This document shows positions 45,029 through 54,648 of a stretch of DNA of 64,000 bases, one piece after another. The notes under the pieces are model-generated. The model searched no databases and had not been told where the DNA came from. It saw only the letters and a list, made by a program, of their open reading frames with translations. The translations under genes were made by a program, and so were the position numbers. Location of the stretch: positions 15,129 to 79,128 of the forward strand of contig JAJPHT010000033.1 in assembly GCA_021325135.1 (NCBI GenBank), read 5' to 3'. Position 1 is the stretch's first letter. The number at the start of each line of letters is the position of its first letter. This stretch comes from Pseudomonadota bacterium (GTDB lineage Archaea > Thermoplasmatota > SW-10-69-26 > JACQPN01 > JAJPHT01).

Positions 45029-46375
45029 CTACGCGGTCAGGTCGGTGGCGATGATCTTGGTCGTGCCGTCGGTCTGGACCTGCCACTCGGAGTAGATGCC
45101 CGTCTTCGGCTCGTGCTTGTCGTCGAACTGGAAGTCGTGGGCGTACCCCTTGTAGTCGATGTCCGTGCCGGCCTTGACCAGGAGCGCGCACTCGGCGAAC
45201 GCCTGGCAGGAGGTGCCGGGCGGGTTCGCGATGGTGAGCATCTGCTTCTGGATGTCGTCGCCCTTGACGCTGCCCGCCTTGAGGGCCGCCAGGGCGATGT
45301 ACATCACGCCGTCGTAGCTCTCGGCGCTGTACTGCTGCGGGTCGTGGCCGTACTTCGCCTTGAACTTCGCGTTGAACGCGGAGAGGTTGCCGCTCTGGGG
45401 GTTCGTGCCCTTGATGCCCGCGGCGAGCCAGTTGCCCGAGGAGTCCTGGCCGGCCTTGGTGGGCAGGCCCGCGCTGGACTCCGAGGAGTAGAGGCCCTCG
45501 GAGCCGTAGATCTTGAACTTGGAGAGGCAGCTCTGCTTCTGCATCTCCTTGAGGATGTTCGCGCCGTCGTTGATGTAGCCGAAGATGACCAGCGCGTCGG
45601 CGGTCTTCTGGCAGACGGCCGTGACCTGCGAGGAGAAGTCGCCGGTGTTCTGCTCGTTGTACGCCTGCGCGGTGACCACGTTGGAGGCGCCGAAGGTCTG
45701 CGTGAAGACCTTGTTGAGGCCGTTGCCGTAGGCGTTGTTCACGTAGATGATGACGACCTTCGTGTTGTTGTCGTTCTTCACGATGGCCGCATCGACCTTG
45801 CCCTGCACGGCGTCGCTGGGGCTGACGCGCCAGAAGAAGCCCTGGTTGTCGCGGTCCAGCGTGAGCGTGGGGGAGGTCGCGCTGGGCGAGGCGACGACGA
45901 TCTGGTTCTGGACGGCGAGGTCCAGGACGGAGGCCGTCACACCCGAGCAGCAGGGGCCGACGACGGCGGTCACGCCCTCGCCCGCGAACTGGTTGAACTT
46001 GTTGGGGTCGCCTGAGGAGTCGGTGGTGCCGTCGTCCTTGACGTCGGTCGTGATGTGCAGGCCGAGGTTGGCCGCGTTGATCTCGTCAACCGCGAGGAGC
46101 GCGCCGTCGCGCATGTCGGGGCCCAGCGTGTTGAGGGCGCCGGTGAGGGGCATGAAGACGCCCAGCTTCAGCTCCAGGGGCGTCGTGGAGGGGGTCGTGA
46201 TGACCGGCGTCGAGGTCACGGGGGTCGACGTGGGGGTCGAGGAGACCGGCGTGCTCGAGGTGGTCGTCGACGACGTGGGCGTGGTCGTCGTGTTGTTGGT
46301 GGCGCAGCCCGCCAGGATGGGAGCGCCCACCAGCGCGAGCGCCGCGATGAACAGGATCCGCTTCGAGACAGTCAT
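45029..46375 (-). CDS. Branched-chain amino acid ABC substrate-binding lipoprotein (LivJ/K-like)
   Basis: Lipobox ILAGC, S/T linker, PLTG, SPSATSP, FFWRVSPSD, YDGV. Confidence 0.9.
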   Translation of the reverse strand: MTVSKRILFIAALALVGAPILAGCATNNTTTTPTSSTTTSSTPVSSTPTSTPVTSTPVITTPSTTPLELKLGVFMPLTGALNTLGPDMRDGALLAVDEINAANLGLHITTDVKDDGTTDSSGDPNKFNQFAGEGVTAVVGPCCSGVTASVLDLAVQNQIVVASPSATSPTLTLDRDNQGFFWRVSPSDAVQGKVDAAIVKNDNNTKVVIIYVNNAYGNGLNKVFTQTFGASNVVTAQAYNEQNTGDFSSQVTAVCQKTADALVIFGYINDGANILKEMQKQSCLSKFKIYGSEGLYSSESSAGLPTKAGQDSSGNWLAAGIKGTNPQSGNLSAFNAKFKAKYGHDPQQYSAESYDGVMYIALAALKAGSVKGDDIQKQMLTIANPPGTSCQAFAECALLVKAGTDIDYKGYAHDFQFDDKHEPKTGIYSEWQVQTDGTTKIIATDLTA

Positions 46376-46474
46376 GATCGCATCTCCATGATGCTGGGTC
46401 GCGAAAACGACGTCGGACGGGTAAGAACGTTCCGGGAAGCCGCGGAGACGCGGTTTATACTGCGATCAAAAATG

Positions 46475-47362
46475 TCATCGCGCGCGCCAGCGCAGGCGCG
46501 GGCCCTCCAGGAACGGCTCGACGCGCCCCGCGCGCTCCATCGCCGCGAGATAGCCCCGCACGGTGGCGAGGTTGAGCGCGTGAAGCTCCAGCGAGCGGGC
46601 CGTGGCGGGGAAGCGGTCCATGAGCGCGGCGTGCAGCTCCTCGTCCTCCGCGGGGCCCTGCCGCAGCCGCGCGAGGAGCGCGTCCTCGGCCTCGCGCATC
46701 GCGTCCGCGTTGGCCTTCACGGCGCCCGCGAGGTCGGAGACGAGCCCGCCGTGGTACGCGACGACGTGCGCCGGAGCGAGCTGCAGCAGGCGCTCCGTGC
46801 TCGCCCGCGCGGCGACGGGATCGACCGCGAAGACGAGCCCGTATTTCGATAGCACCTCGGGGGGCAGCACGGCGTCGCCCACGAAGAGGACGCCGTCCAC
46901 CTCCACGCCCATCTGGCGGACGCTGTGCCCCGGCAGCGCGTGGAAGCGCACCTGGAAGCCCGCGACGTCCTGCGTGCCCTCGCCCCCGACGGCGTGGTCC
47001 ACGCGGCTGGGCTGCGCCTGGAGGAACTTCCCCTGGAGCGCGCGGGGCGGCGCCGCGCCGAAGAGCGTCCAGGGCTCCAGGTCGGGCCGCTCGATGAAGA
47101 AGTGCTCGTAGTGCGGCGCCACCACTTTGGCCCCCGTGCGCTTCACGGCGAAAGCGTTGCCCCCGATGTGGTCGGCGTGGGCGTGGGTGTTCACGATGGC
47201 GCGCACCGTGCGCCCTTCGTTGGCCAGGGCGTTCACCACCTTGCGCACGAGGTTCTCGTCGAGCCCCGTGTCCACGAGCAGCGCGTCGGAGCCCCGCGTC
47301 ACGACGCCGATGGCGGTGGGGGCCTTCGCGTAGCGCACGGTCTCCGTGACCTGCTCGAACAC
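46475..47362 (-). CDS. MBL-fold metallo-hydrolase
   Basis: VDTG, THAHADHIGG, PGHS, GDA, YHG. Confidence 0.9.
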   Translation of the reverse strand: MFEQVTETVRYAKAPTAIGVVTRGSDALLVDTGLDENLVRKVVNALANEGRTVRAIVNTHAHADHIGGNAFAVKRTGAKVVAPHYEHFFIERPDLEPWTLFGAAPPRALQGKFLQAQPSRVDHAVGGEGTQDVAGFQVRFHALPGHSVRQMGVEVDGVLFVGDAVLPPEVLSKYGLVFAVDPVAARASTERLLQLAPAHVVAYHGGLVSDLAGAVKANADAMREAEDALLARLRQGPAEDEELHAALMDRFPATARSLELHALNLATVRGYLAAMERAGRVEPFLEGPRLRWRAR

Positions 47363-47387
47363 GGCCCGACCATGGCGCGTCCTGCGC

Positions 47388-47819
47388 TTAAGCGAGGAGT
47401 CGGGTCCGCCCGCACACCGGGCAGGCGATGCGGAGGGGCCGCGCCGCGCTCACGGAGAGCATGGCGCCGCAGCCGGAGCACGCGCCCTTGGTGCGGCCGG
47501 GGGGCGCGGGCCCCACCTGGCGGCGCGCCCACTCGGTGGGGATGGGCTCGGGCGCGGGGGGAGGCGCGGAGCGCCCCTGGCGCAGGATGGGCGGGAGCGG
47601 CATGGGGCCGCGCGCCTCCTCCTCGACGGGCGTGAAGGCGACGGCGTCCATGTCGGCGACGGGGACGGGCGTGGCCGCGGGGACCAGCTCGAACTCGATG
47701 GGCATGTCGGGCTCGGCGCGGGCGGAGCGGCGGGCGCGCAAGGCCAGGGCCACGAGGACGCCCGCGCCGCCCGCGGCGACGAGGGTCCCGGCTGCGAGGA
47801 GGGCGTCCTGCGCGTGCAT
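47388..47819 (-). CDS. Membrane-anchored protein with C-terminal zinc ribbon
   Basis: N-terminal TM; CSGC...CPVC. Confidence 0.7.
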   Translation of the reverse strand: MHAQDALLAAGTLVAAGGAGVLVALALRARRSARAEPDMPIEFELVPAATPVPVADMDAVAFTPVEEEARGPMPLPPILRQGRSAPPPAPEPIPTEWARRQVGPAPPGRTKGACSGCGAMLSVSAARPLRIACPVCGRTRLLA

Positions 47820-47831
47820 CCGGCGGTGCAG

Positions 47832-48959
47832 TCACGCGGGGCGCAATTCAAGCTTGCGGATTGCGCCGCGGGAGCGCCAGCGCATCGCGGGCGCCTCCAC
47901 GAGGCGGTACGACGCCCAGCCGGCCGCGACGGAGAGCCCCACCATGGCGACGGAGTTGGGGAGGAGCCACGAGGCCCCTTTGTGGAGCAGCCAGCCGCGC
48001 TTGGCCAGCTCGATCATGAGCGGCTCGTGCCAGAGGTAGACGCTGTAGGAGATGGCGCCCAGGAAGGAGAAGGGCGCGCTCCCCAGGACGCGCTCCCAGG
48101 GGCCCTCCGCTCCCTTGCGCGCCACGCTGGGCGCGAGGACGAGGGCGAACCCCAGCGCGCTGGCGGCGTGGAAGAACGCCTGCCACGCGGGGGCGGCGTC
48201 GTGGCGCGCGAAGGCGATCCCCAGCACGGCGAGGCCCGCGAGGCGCAGCGGGGCCGGCGCGCGCAGGCCCGCAAGGCGCGCGACCGCCAGGAGCATGCCG
48301 GCGGCGAACCCGTCGGCCCGCGCGGGGAGGCCGAACCAGACGGTCCACCGGTCCATGGGCGCGTGCCACACCCAGAGCGCCCAGGCTTTGAAGGCGAGGC
48401 TCGCGAGGCCCACGATCAGGGGGAGGGCGGCGAGGAGCGCCAGCCGGCCGGCGCGCGTCCGGAGCCTGGCGCACGCCGCGTAGGCCAGGGCGCCCAGCGC
48501 GGGCAGCAGGAGGTAGAAGCCCACCTCCACCGCGAGGCTCCAGGCGGGCCCGATGGTCCAGAAGACGTGGGCCTGGCTGAACGTCTGCGTGAAGGTGAGG
48601 TGCTCGACGAGGTCGACGCGCTCCTCGGCCAGCCCGTCGTAGCGCGAGGCCCACACCAGGAGGATCGCGACGTAGTAGAGGGGGAGGATGCGCAGCGCGC
48701 GCTTGGCGAAGAACGCCCGCGTCGAGGGGCGCCCGTCCTGCTCCAGCGCGGCGCGGGCGAAGGGCAGGTAGAGGAGGAGCCCCGAGAGGACGAAGAACCA
48801 GGCGACGCCCGCCTCCAGGCTCCGGAGCACGAGGTAGAGCGGCGTCCCGGCCAAGGCGCCGGCGTGGGTCGGGCTCGCGTGCTGCCAGGCGTGGTACACG
48901 ACGACGAGGAGGGCCGCGAGTCCGCGGTAGCCGTCCAGGGCGGGGAGGCGGTCCGGCAT
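47832..48959 (-). CDS. Acyltransferase family 3 (OafA-like)
   Basis: LDGYRGLAA, FFVLSG, RALRILP, WSLAVEVGFY, ISYSVYLWH. Confidence 0.93.
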   Translation of the reverse strand: MPDRLPALDGYRGLAALLVVVYHAWQHASPTHAGALAGTPLYLVLRSLEAGVAWFFVLSGLLLYLPFARAALEQDGRPSTRAFFAKRALRILPLYYVAILLVWASRYDGLAEERVDLVEHLTFTQTFSQAHVFWTIGPAWSLAVEVGFYLLLPALGALAYAACARLRTRAGRLALLAALPLIVGLASLAFKAWALWVWHAPMDRWTVWFGLPARADGFAAGMLLAVARLAGLRAPAPLRLAGLAVLGIAFARHDAAPAWQAFFHAASALGFALVLAPSVARKGAEGPWERVLGSAPFSFLGAISYSVYLWHEPLMIELAKRGWLLHKGASWLLPNSVAMVGLSVAAGWASYRLVEAPAMRWRSRGAIRKLELRPA

Positions 48960-49010
48960 GCCCCGGGCGCGGGGCCCTCTGGACCTGGCGGTTCTGGCCG
49001 CGGGATCGCT

Positions 49011-49520
49011 TCAGGGGACGCTCACGGCGGCCCGGACCTCCAAGGGCTCGCCCACGAGGCCCGTCCCTGCGTGGACGACGTAGGTCCCCCGCGGCGCGGG
49101 CCAGCCCGCCAGCTCGCCGTTCCACGACGCGAGGCGCGCGTGGACGCCGGGCTCCAGCACGGCGGGGACGAGGGCGCATGCGCCCACCGCCTCGGGCTGC
49201 GCGAGGTCGGGCAGCCACGCGCGCGTGCCGTTGGCTTCAATCCAAGCGTCCACGAGGTCGCCGGGGCAGCCGCGCAGCGTGACGCGGACCGGCCGATCGA
49301 CGACCAGCTTCACCAGGAACGTGACGTTGGCGCCCGGCTGCGTCCTCGTGGGCTGGAGGCTCAGGTGGAGCGGGCCGCGGTCGGCGGCGCCCGCTGTGGC
49401 GGGCCAGCCGTCGGGCGTCTGGGGCTCGGGGCCCGAGGGGAGGATGCGCGCGCCGTCGAGCCCCTGGAGGCAACCGGAAGCGACGAGGGAGGCGAGGAGG
49501 AGCCCGGCGGCGCGTCGCAC
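49011..49520 (-). CDS. Hypothetical lipoprotein
   Basis: Lipobox-like VASGC; Ig-like C-terminus; GTG start inferred. Confidence 0.65.
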   Translation of the reverse strand: MRRAAGLLLASLVASGCLQGLDGARILPSGPEPQTPDGWPATAGAADRGPLHLSLQPTRTQPGANVTFLVKLVVDRPVRVTLRGCPGDLVDAWIEANGTRAWLPDLAQPEAVGACALVPAVLEPGVHARLASWNGELAGWPAPRGTYVVHAGTGLVGEPLEVRAAVSVP

Positions 49521-49582
49521 GCACGCCAGGCGGCCTGGCCGAGGATAGGGGCTCGCTTTCGGGTGGGCGCGCGCCGAACGGC

Positions 49583-50956
49583 CTACGCCTTGCGGCCGGC
49601 CAGCTGCTCGCCGATGGCGTCGTCGGCGGCCGCCAGGAACTCGTCCCGCTTCGCGCGGGGGATGGTGGCGCCCGCCGCGGGCGCGTGGCCGCCGCCGGCC
49701 CCGCCCACCTTGCCCGCCGCGACGCGCATGACCTCGGCGAGGTTGACGCCCGCCGCCACGAGGGAGCGCGCGGCGCGGCCGCTGACCTTCACGTGCTCCG
49801 CGTCGGCCTCGGCGAAGGCGAAGATGGGCAGGTCGCGGCGCACGCCTGCCGCGTTGTACATCATGCCCGCGACGATGCCCACGATGGTCTCGCGGATGCC
49901 GCTGCCCGCGTCGAACCACTGGAGGTGGTTGCGCTCGGTCAAGCCCTTCTCCTTGACGAGCTGGATGCCGGCCACGAGGTTCTGGCGGTGCCCCTTGAGG
50001 AGCTCCAGGCCGCGCGCGTACATCTCGCCGCGGTCGCCCAGCGCGATGGCGAGCCCCACGTCGGCCGCGCCGTAGCGCGCCGTGCTGTTGAGCAGCGTGG
50101 CGAACTCCTTGGCGTCGCGCACGGGCTCGCCCTGCGCCTCGCCGGGCAGCACGTACACCTCGCCCACGAGCCTGCGCACCGCGCGGTGGCCGTACCCCTT
50201 GGAGAGGAGGCTCTTGGCGATGGCGCTGAGCACGCGCCGCCGCTCCTCCGTGGAGAGGTGGCCCCAGCGGCGCTCGTCCTCGCCGTGGTGGTGCGCCACG
50301 TGCAGGCCGTCGAGGAACTGCGCGCACGCCTCGCCCCGGCCCGAGACGCCGGGCACGCACGGGTCGTCCGCGTACTGGAGGATCTTCACCAGCGAGCGCG
50401 TCTCGCGGCCGAAGTAGCGCGTGTCCACCGCGGCGAGCATGCCGGCGGCGCGCGCGTCTTCCACGATGGCGGCGTTCATGCCCACGAGGCGCCCCGCGTC
50501 GGTGTCCTGGAGGTCGCCCACGCAGCCCACGACGGCCACGGGCGCCATGTCGCGGTTCGCCCGGTCGATCGCCCGCGCCACGAGGTAGGTCGTCGTGCTC
50601 CCGGAAAGATATCGCGAGCCGTCCTCCCCCGAGAAGTGGCAGTTGAGGTGATAGCGTCCGCCCGCGGTGGGGACGTGGTGGTCGGTGATGACGGGCTCGA
50701 CGTCCGAGAGGAGCGCCGCCGCGCCCGCGCCCAGGTCGGTGAACCAGAGCGTGTCGGGGTTCTCGTCCTTGAGGCGCTCCACGTCGGGCGGGCGCAGGCT
50801 CTTGAGGAACTCGACCTCGTAGGGCTTCCCCAGGCGCTCCAGCGCGCGCACGGCGACCGCGGCGCTGGTGAGCCCGTCCGCGTCGATGTGGCTCACCACC
50901 TTCACCGACCGCGCGGAGCGCAGCCGGTCGGCGAGGACCGCGGCCTGGTCGAGCAT
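49583..50956 (-). CDS. Archaeal RecJ/GAN-like DHH-DHHA1 nuclease
   Basis: HIDADG, TDLG, DHH, GDLQD, GGGH. Confidence 0.92.
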   Translation of the reverse strand: MLDQAAVLADRLRSARSVKVVSHIDADGLTSAAVAVRALERLGKPYEVEFLKSLRPPDVERLKDENPDTLWFTDLGAGAAALLSDVEPVITDHHVPTAGGRYHLNCHFSGEDGSRYLSGSTTTYLVARAIDRANRDMAPVAVVGCVGDLQDTDAGRLVGMNAAIVEDARAAGMLAAVDTRYFGRETRSLVKILQYADDPCVPGVSGRGEACAQFLDGLHVAHHHGEDERRWGHLSTEERRRVLSAIAKSLLSKGYGHRAVRRLVGEVYVLPGEAQGEPVRDAKEFATLLNSTARYGAADVGLAIALGDRGEMYARGLELLKGHRQNLVAGIQLVKEKGLTERNHLQWFDAGSGIRETIVGIVAGMMYNAAGVRRDLPIFAFAEADAEHVKVSGRAARSLVAAGVNLAEVMRVAAGKVGGAGGGHAPAAGATIPRAKRDEFLAAADDAIGEQLAGRKA

Positions 50957-50984
50957 CGAGTCCTGGGTTATGCCTTCCCAGGCT

Positions 50985-51653
50985 TCAGGGTTGTCCGGGC
51001 GTCACCCGTGCTTCTCCTGGAACGTGGCCGCATCGGAGGCAGGCCGCCAGGGGGCCGGCCGCGCCGCGCGCCGCGCCGCAGGCGTGGCAGAAGGCGCCTG
51101 GCCGGGGCGCCGAAGGGCTGCGTCGCGCTCCCGCCACGAGGAGGAAGCCCACGAAGGGGACGGCGCACGCCAGGAGGAGCAGCGGCGCGAAGGCCACGAA
51201 GAGGACTCCCAGGAGGAGGGCCGCGACGCCCACCGCGCCCAGGAGGGCGATGCCGTCGCGGGGCGGCGCCGCGGGGTCCATCATGCGGCCCAGCGCCCAC
51301 GCCTCGGCGAGGCCCGCGGGGAGCGCCAGGAGGAAGCCGAGGATCGCCACGACGTGCGCCAGCGCGGCGAGGGCGAAGAGCATGGCGTTGAAGACGAGGA
51401 TCACGCCGAAGGTCAGGAGGATGAGCCACCACGGGGGCGTCTGCGCGGCCTGCGTCTCGATGGCGCGCGCCATCGCCTCCGCGCCGAAGGCCAGGAGGAC
51501 GAGGGAGGCGGGCAGGAGGTACACCGAGACGCGGCAGAGGACGAGCCCCACGCGCTCGCCCCCCTCCGCGGAGCCGGGAAAAGGCCCCAGCGCGCCGCGG
51601 CGCACGTCCTCGACGAAGTCGGCCATGGCAGGCGGGCTGGCGGCCAGGCTCAT
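50985..51653 (-). CDS. Hypothetical membrane protein with C-terminal zinc ribbon
   Basis: Hydrophobic segments; CHAC...CLRC; ATG overlaps the upstream stop. Confidence 0.65.
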   Translation of the reverse strand: MSLAASPPAMADFVEDVRRGALGPFPGSAEGGERVGLVLCRVSVYLLPASLVLLAFGAEAMARAIETQAAQTPPWWLILLTFGVILVFNAMLFALAALAHVVAILGFLLALPAGLAEAWALGRMMDPAAPPRDGIALLGAVGVAALLLGVLFVAFAPLLLLACAVPFVGFLLVAGARRSPSAPRPGAFCHACGAARGAAGPLAACLRCGHVPGEARVTPGQP

Positions 51654-52426
51654 CAAGCCTTCGGGGCCACGTCGAAGGCGCGCCCGGGGGAGGCCATCTC
51701 CACCGGCCCGCCGAAGCTCTCCTGGGCCTGCCGCGCCGACACCGCGGGGTCGAGGTTGTCGCGCAGGTGCGTGAGCACGAGGCGCTTGACGCCCGCCTTG
51801 CGCGCGACCTCGCCGGCCTCGCGCGCCGTCATGTGGTGGTCGCGGGTCTTCTCCGGCGTCTGCGCCTCGCGGAGGTCCTGGAAGGTGGCCTCGAAGAGGG
51901 CCAGGTCCGCGCCCTGGGCGGCCTCCTCCAGGAGCGCCCCGGCGCGCGTGTCGCCGGAGTAGACGAAGCGCCGGCCGTCGGCCTCCGCCCGCAGCGCGAG
52001 GCACGCGACGTTGTGCTCCACCGGGCACGCCATGAAGCGCATCTCGCCCAGGGTGTGCACGGTCCACTCGGGCATCTCGGTGATGCGCAGCGCCTCGACG
52101 TAGGGGTCGGGGTCGGAGGAGAAGAGGCTGAACCAGCGGTAGAGCAGCGTGCGCGTGCCCGGGGGGCCGAACACGGGGAGCGGCCGCTTCGTGAAGCGCG
52201 CCCAGAGCGCGATGGGGTAGAGGTCCGCCACGTGGTCGTGGTGCAGGTGCGAGAGGTACACGCCCGAGAGCGCGGAGAGCGGCGCGTGGCGCACGAGCTC
52301 CCCCAGCACGCCCCCGCCCGCGTCCACCAGGAGCCGCACGTCGCCGTGCTCCAGCAGGTGGCCGCTCCCGGCGTCGCCCGGGCGCGGCACGCCCGCCGCC
52401 GCGGTGCCCAGCGTGATGAGGCGCAT
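51653..52426 (-). CDS. RNase Z/BN-like MBL-fold hydrolase
   Basis: SHLHHDHVAD, VEH, YSGDT, EATF, HMT, LTHL. Confidence 0.88.
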   Translation of the reverse strand: MRLITLGTAAAGVPRPGDAGSGHLLEHGDVRLLVDAGGGVLGELVRHAPLSALSGVYLSHLHHDHVADLYPIALWARFTKRPLPVFGPPGTRTLLYRWFSLFSSDPDPYVEALRITEMPEWTVHTLGEMRFMACPVEHNVACLALRAEADGRRFVYSGDTRAGALLEEAAQGADLALFEATFQDLREAQTPEKTRDHHMTAREAGEVARKAGVKRLVLTHLRDNLDPAVSARQAQESFGGPVEMASPGRAFDVAPKA

Positions 52427-52475
52427 CGGACGCGGGGAGGGGTCCCTTGCGCTTGAAGCTTCGGCGTCTCTTGCT

Positions 52476-52585
52476 GGGGGCTCCGCCCCCTTTCCCCTCG
52501 GGAAAGACGCGAATCTCCGAATCACAGAATCTCCGACGGGGATTCCGAGATTCGGAGATTCGGGGTTTCATGGGGCGGAGCCCCC
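52476..52585. repeat. ~110-bp nested palindromic element (MITE/REP-like)
   Basis: 14-bp perfect terminal IR GGGGGCTCCGCCCC; inner 14-bp IR CGAATCTCCGAATC built of 8-mers. Confidence 0.8.
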
Positions 52586-52647
52586 GGCGAGGCCACGCGA
52601 CGACGGGAAAGGCCACCTTGAAGCGGGGGCCCCGCGCTGGCAGGCCC

Positions 52648-53469
52648 ATGAAGGACCGCCGCATCGCGGTGCTGGGCGCGGGCAACATGGGCCGGGCCCT
52701 CCTGCGCGGCATGCTGAAGGCCAACGGCGCGAAGCCCGCGAACGTCGTCGCCACCACGCGCAGCCGCGAGCGCGCCGACGCGCTGGCCCGCGAGCTTGGC
52801 ATCGACGCGCACACGGACAACCTCAAGGCGGCCGCGTGGGCCGACGTGCTGGTCCTCGCCGTGAAGCCGCAGATCCTTCCGCAGATCCTCGCCGAGATCC
52901 GCCCCGCCGTGCCCGCGGGCCGGCTGGTCATCAGCATCGCGGCGGGCGTCCCCACCTCCGTCATCGAGGAGGCGCTGCCCGGCGCCAGCGTCGTGCGCAC
53001 GATGCCCAACCTGCCCGTCCTCGTGGACGCGGGCGCCACGGCGTACTGCTTCGGCGCGGGGGCCGACCCCAAGGACGAGGCCACCGTGCGCGCCATCTTC
53101 GAGGCCGTGGGCACCGCGCACAAGGTGGACGAGTACCTCATGGACGCCGTGACCGGCCTCTCGGGCACGGGCCCCATGTACGTCTTCCAGTTCATCGAGG
53201 GCCTCTCGGACGCGGGCGTCAAGGTGGGCCTCTCCCGCGACGTCGCCAACGCCCTCGTGCTCCAGACCGTGCTGGGCGCGGCGAAGATGGCGATGCAGAC
53301 CCGGGAGCACCCGGCGCAGCTCAAGGACCGCGTCACCTCCCCTGGCGGCACGGCCATCACCGCGCTCCACAGCATGGAGCGCAGCGGCCTGCGCGCGACG
53401 CTCATCGACGCCGTGGAGGCCGCCACGAAGCGCAGCGAGGAGCTGGGGAAGAAGGCAAGCGGAAAATGA
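52648..53469 (+). CDS. proC: Pyrroline-5-carboxylate reductase
   Basis: GAGNMG, LAVKPQ, RTMPN, SGTGP, VTSPGGT. Confidence 0.95.
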   Translation: MKDRRIAVLGAGNMGRALLRGMLKANGAKPANVVATTRSRERADALARELGIDAHTDNLKAAAWADVLVLAVKPQILPQILAEIRPAVPAGRLVISIAAGVPTSVIEEALPGASVVRTMPNLPVLVDAGATAYCFGAGADPKDEATVRAIFEAVGTAHKVDEYLMDAVTGLSGTGPMYVFQFIEGLSDAGVKVGLSRDVANALVLQTVLGAAKMAMQTREHPAQLKDRVTSPGGTAITALHSMERSGLRATLIDAVEAATKRSEELGKKASGK

Positions 53470-54626
53470 ACCGAGGGTCCATCACGGAAGACGAGGTCGA
53501 GGCGAGCGTAGCCCGCGCGTTCGGACCCGACTTCGTCTTCCGGTCCCCCAGGCTCTCGGACGGCCACGAAGCCACGGACATCCTCGTCGTGTACGACGAC
53601 GTCCGGGTCGTCGTCGAGGTCAAGTCGCAGGCGGAGCCTTCGGCGGACGCGCCCCGGCGCGATGCCGAGGCGTGGGCGCAGAAGGCCCTCTCCAAGGCCT
53701 GCCGGCAGGTCGAGGGCGCGATCAAGTCGCTCCGCGCGGGGCGCGTCGCGCGCGTCGCCAACGCAAGACGCGGCGAGATCAGCGTCGACGTGGAGAATGC
53801 GCAGCTCCTCATCGGCCTCGTCGTCCTGCGGTGCGACGCCGAGACGTTCCCCGTGGACGTGGATGCGGACCTCCACGTCCTCTCGTTCGAGGACTTCACG
53901 CGCGTCTCGGCGCTCCTCGACACCCCCCGCGACCTCGTCAGGTATCTCGTCCATCGATCGAGGATCGCGCCGGACCGGCGCCCCGCCTTCGGCGACGAGG
54001 CGCCCGCCCTCGATGCCCACTGCCGCATGCTGCGCCGCGAAGCCTACGAGCTTGCGGAAGAGCCGGGCGCAGATGACCTCACGCCGGAGGTGGTCCAGGA
54101 ATACGTCGGCCACCTGAAGGGCCAGCGTTCCCGCCTTGGGAGCCTGATCGACGACGTCATCGAGGCGCTCCACCGGCAGGACCCTGCCATCCCCGGGATG
54201 CGCCATTTCCTGCTCGACGTCCCAGCCGCGGGCCCGGACTACGTGAAGGTCGGCATCTGGCTCGCCCGGCTGTCCCGCCTCCAGCGGATCGGCCTGGGGA
54301 AGGAATACGCCGCGACCTTTCGCCGGGCGATCCGGGGAGACGGCTCGGGCCAAGGCCTCTCGGCAAGCCACGCGGAGAGCCTTTGCATCGTGTTCTTCGT
54401 GGCTCGCGCCGACCTGCCCCGGGAGGAGCGCGCGTCGACGCTGACCTCCATGCTGATGATCGCGCAGCAGGCGCTCCAGACCCGGAACGGGATCGGCATC
54501 GCCACCAGCGGGCCTCCCGAAGCGGGCAAGACGCTCGACGTGGTCTGGCTGGGCGCGGCCCTTCCCTACGACCCGTTCGTCGAGGACCTCGCCCGGTCGC
54601 TGTTCGGACGCCCGCAAGACGACTGA
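53466..54626 (+). CDS. Hypothetical protein with N-terminal NERD/PD-(D/E)xK nuclease-like motif
   Basis: EATDILVVYDDVRVVVEVKS, A.RQV; ATG overlaps the proC stop. Confidence 0.65.
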   Translation: MNRGSITEDEVEASVARAFGPDFVFRSPRLSDGHEATDILVVYDDVRVVVEVKSQAEPSADAPRRDAEAWAQKALSKACRQVEGAIKSLRAGRVARVANARRGEISVDVENAQLLIGLVVLRCDAETFPVDVDADLHVLSFEDFTRVSALLDTPRDLVRYLVHRSRIAPDRRPAFGDEAPALDAHCRMLRREAYELAEEPGADDLTPEVVQEYVGHLKGQRSRLGSLIDDVIEALHRQDPAIPGMRHFLLDVPAAGPDYVKVGIWLARLSRLQRIGLGKEYAATFRRAIRGDGSGQGLSASHAESLCIVFFVARADLPREERASTLTSMLMIAQQALQTRNGIGIATSGPPEAGKTLDVVWLGAALPYDPFVEDLARSLFGRPQDD

Positions 54627-54648
54627 TCCGCAGGCCGGCACGGCGACC

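Noticed and set aside
46190-46300. Low-complexity repeat-like DNA
   Set aside because: It encodes the ordinary Ser/Thr/Pro linker of an archaeal lipoprotein.
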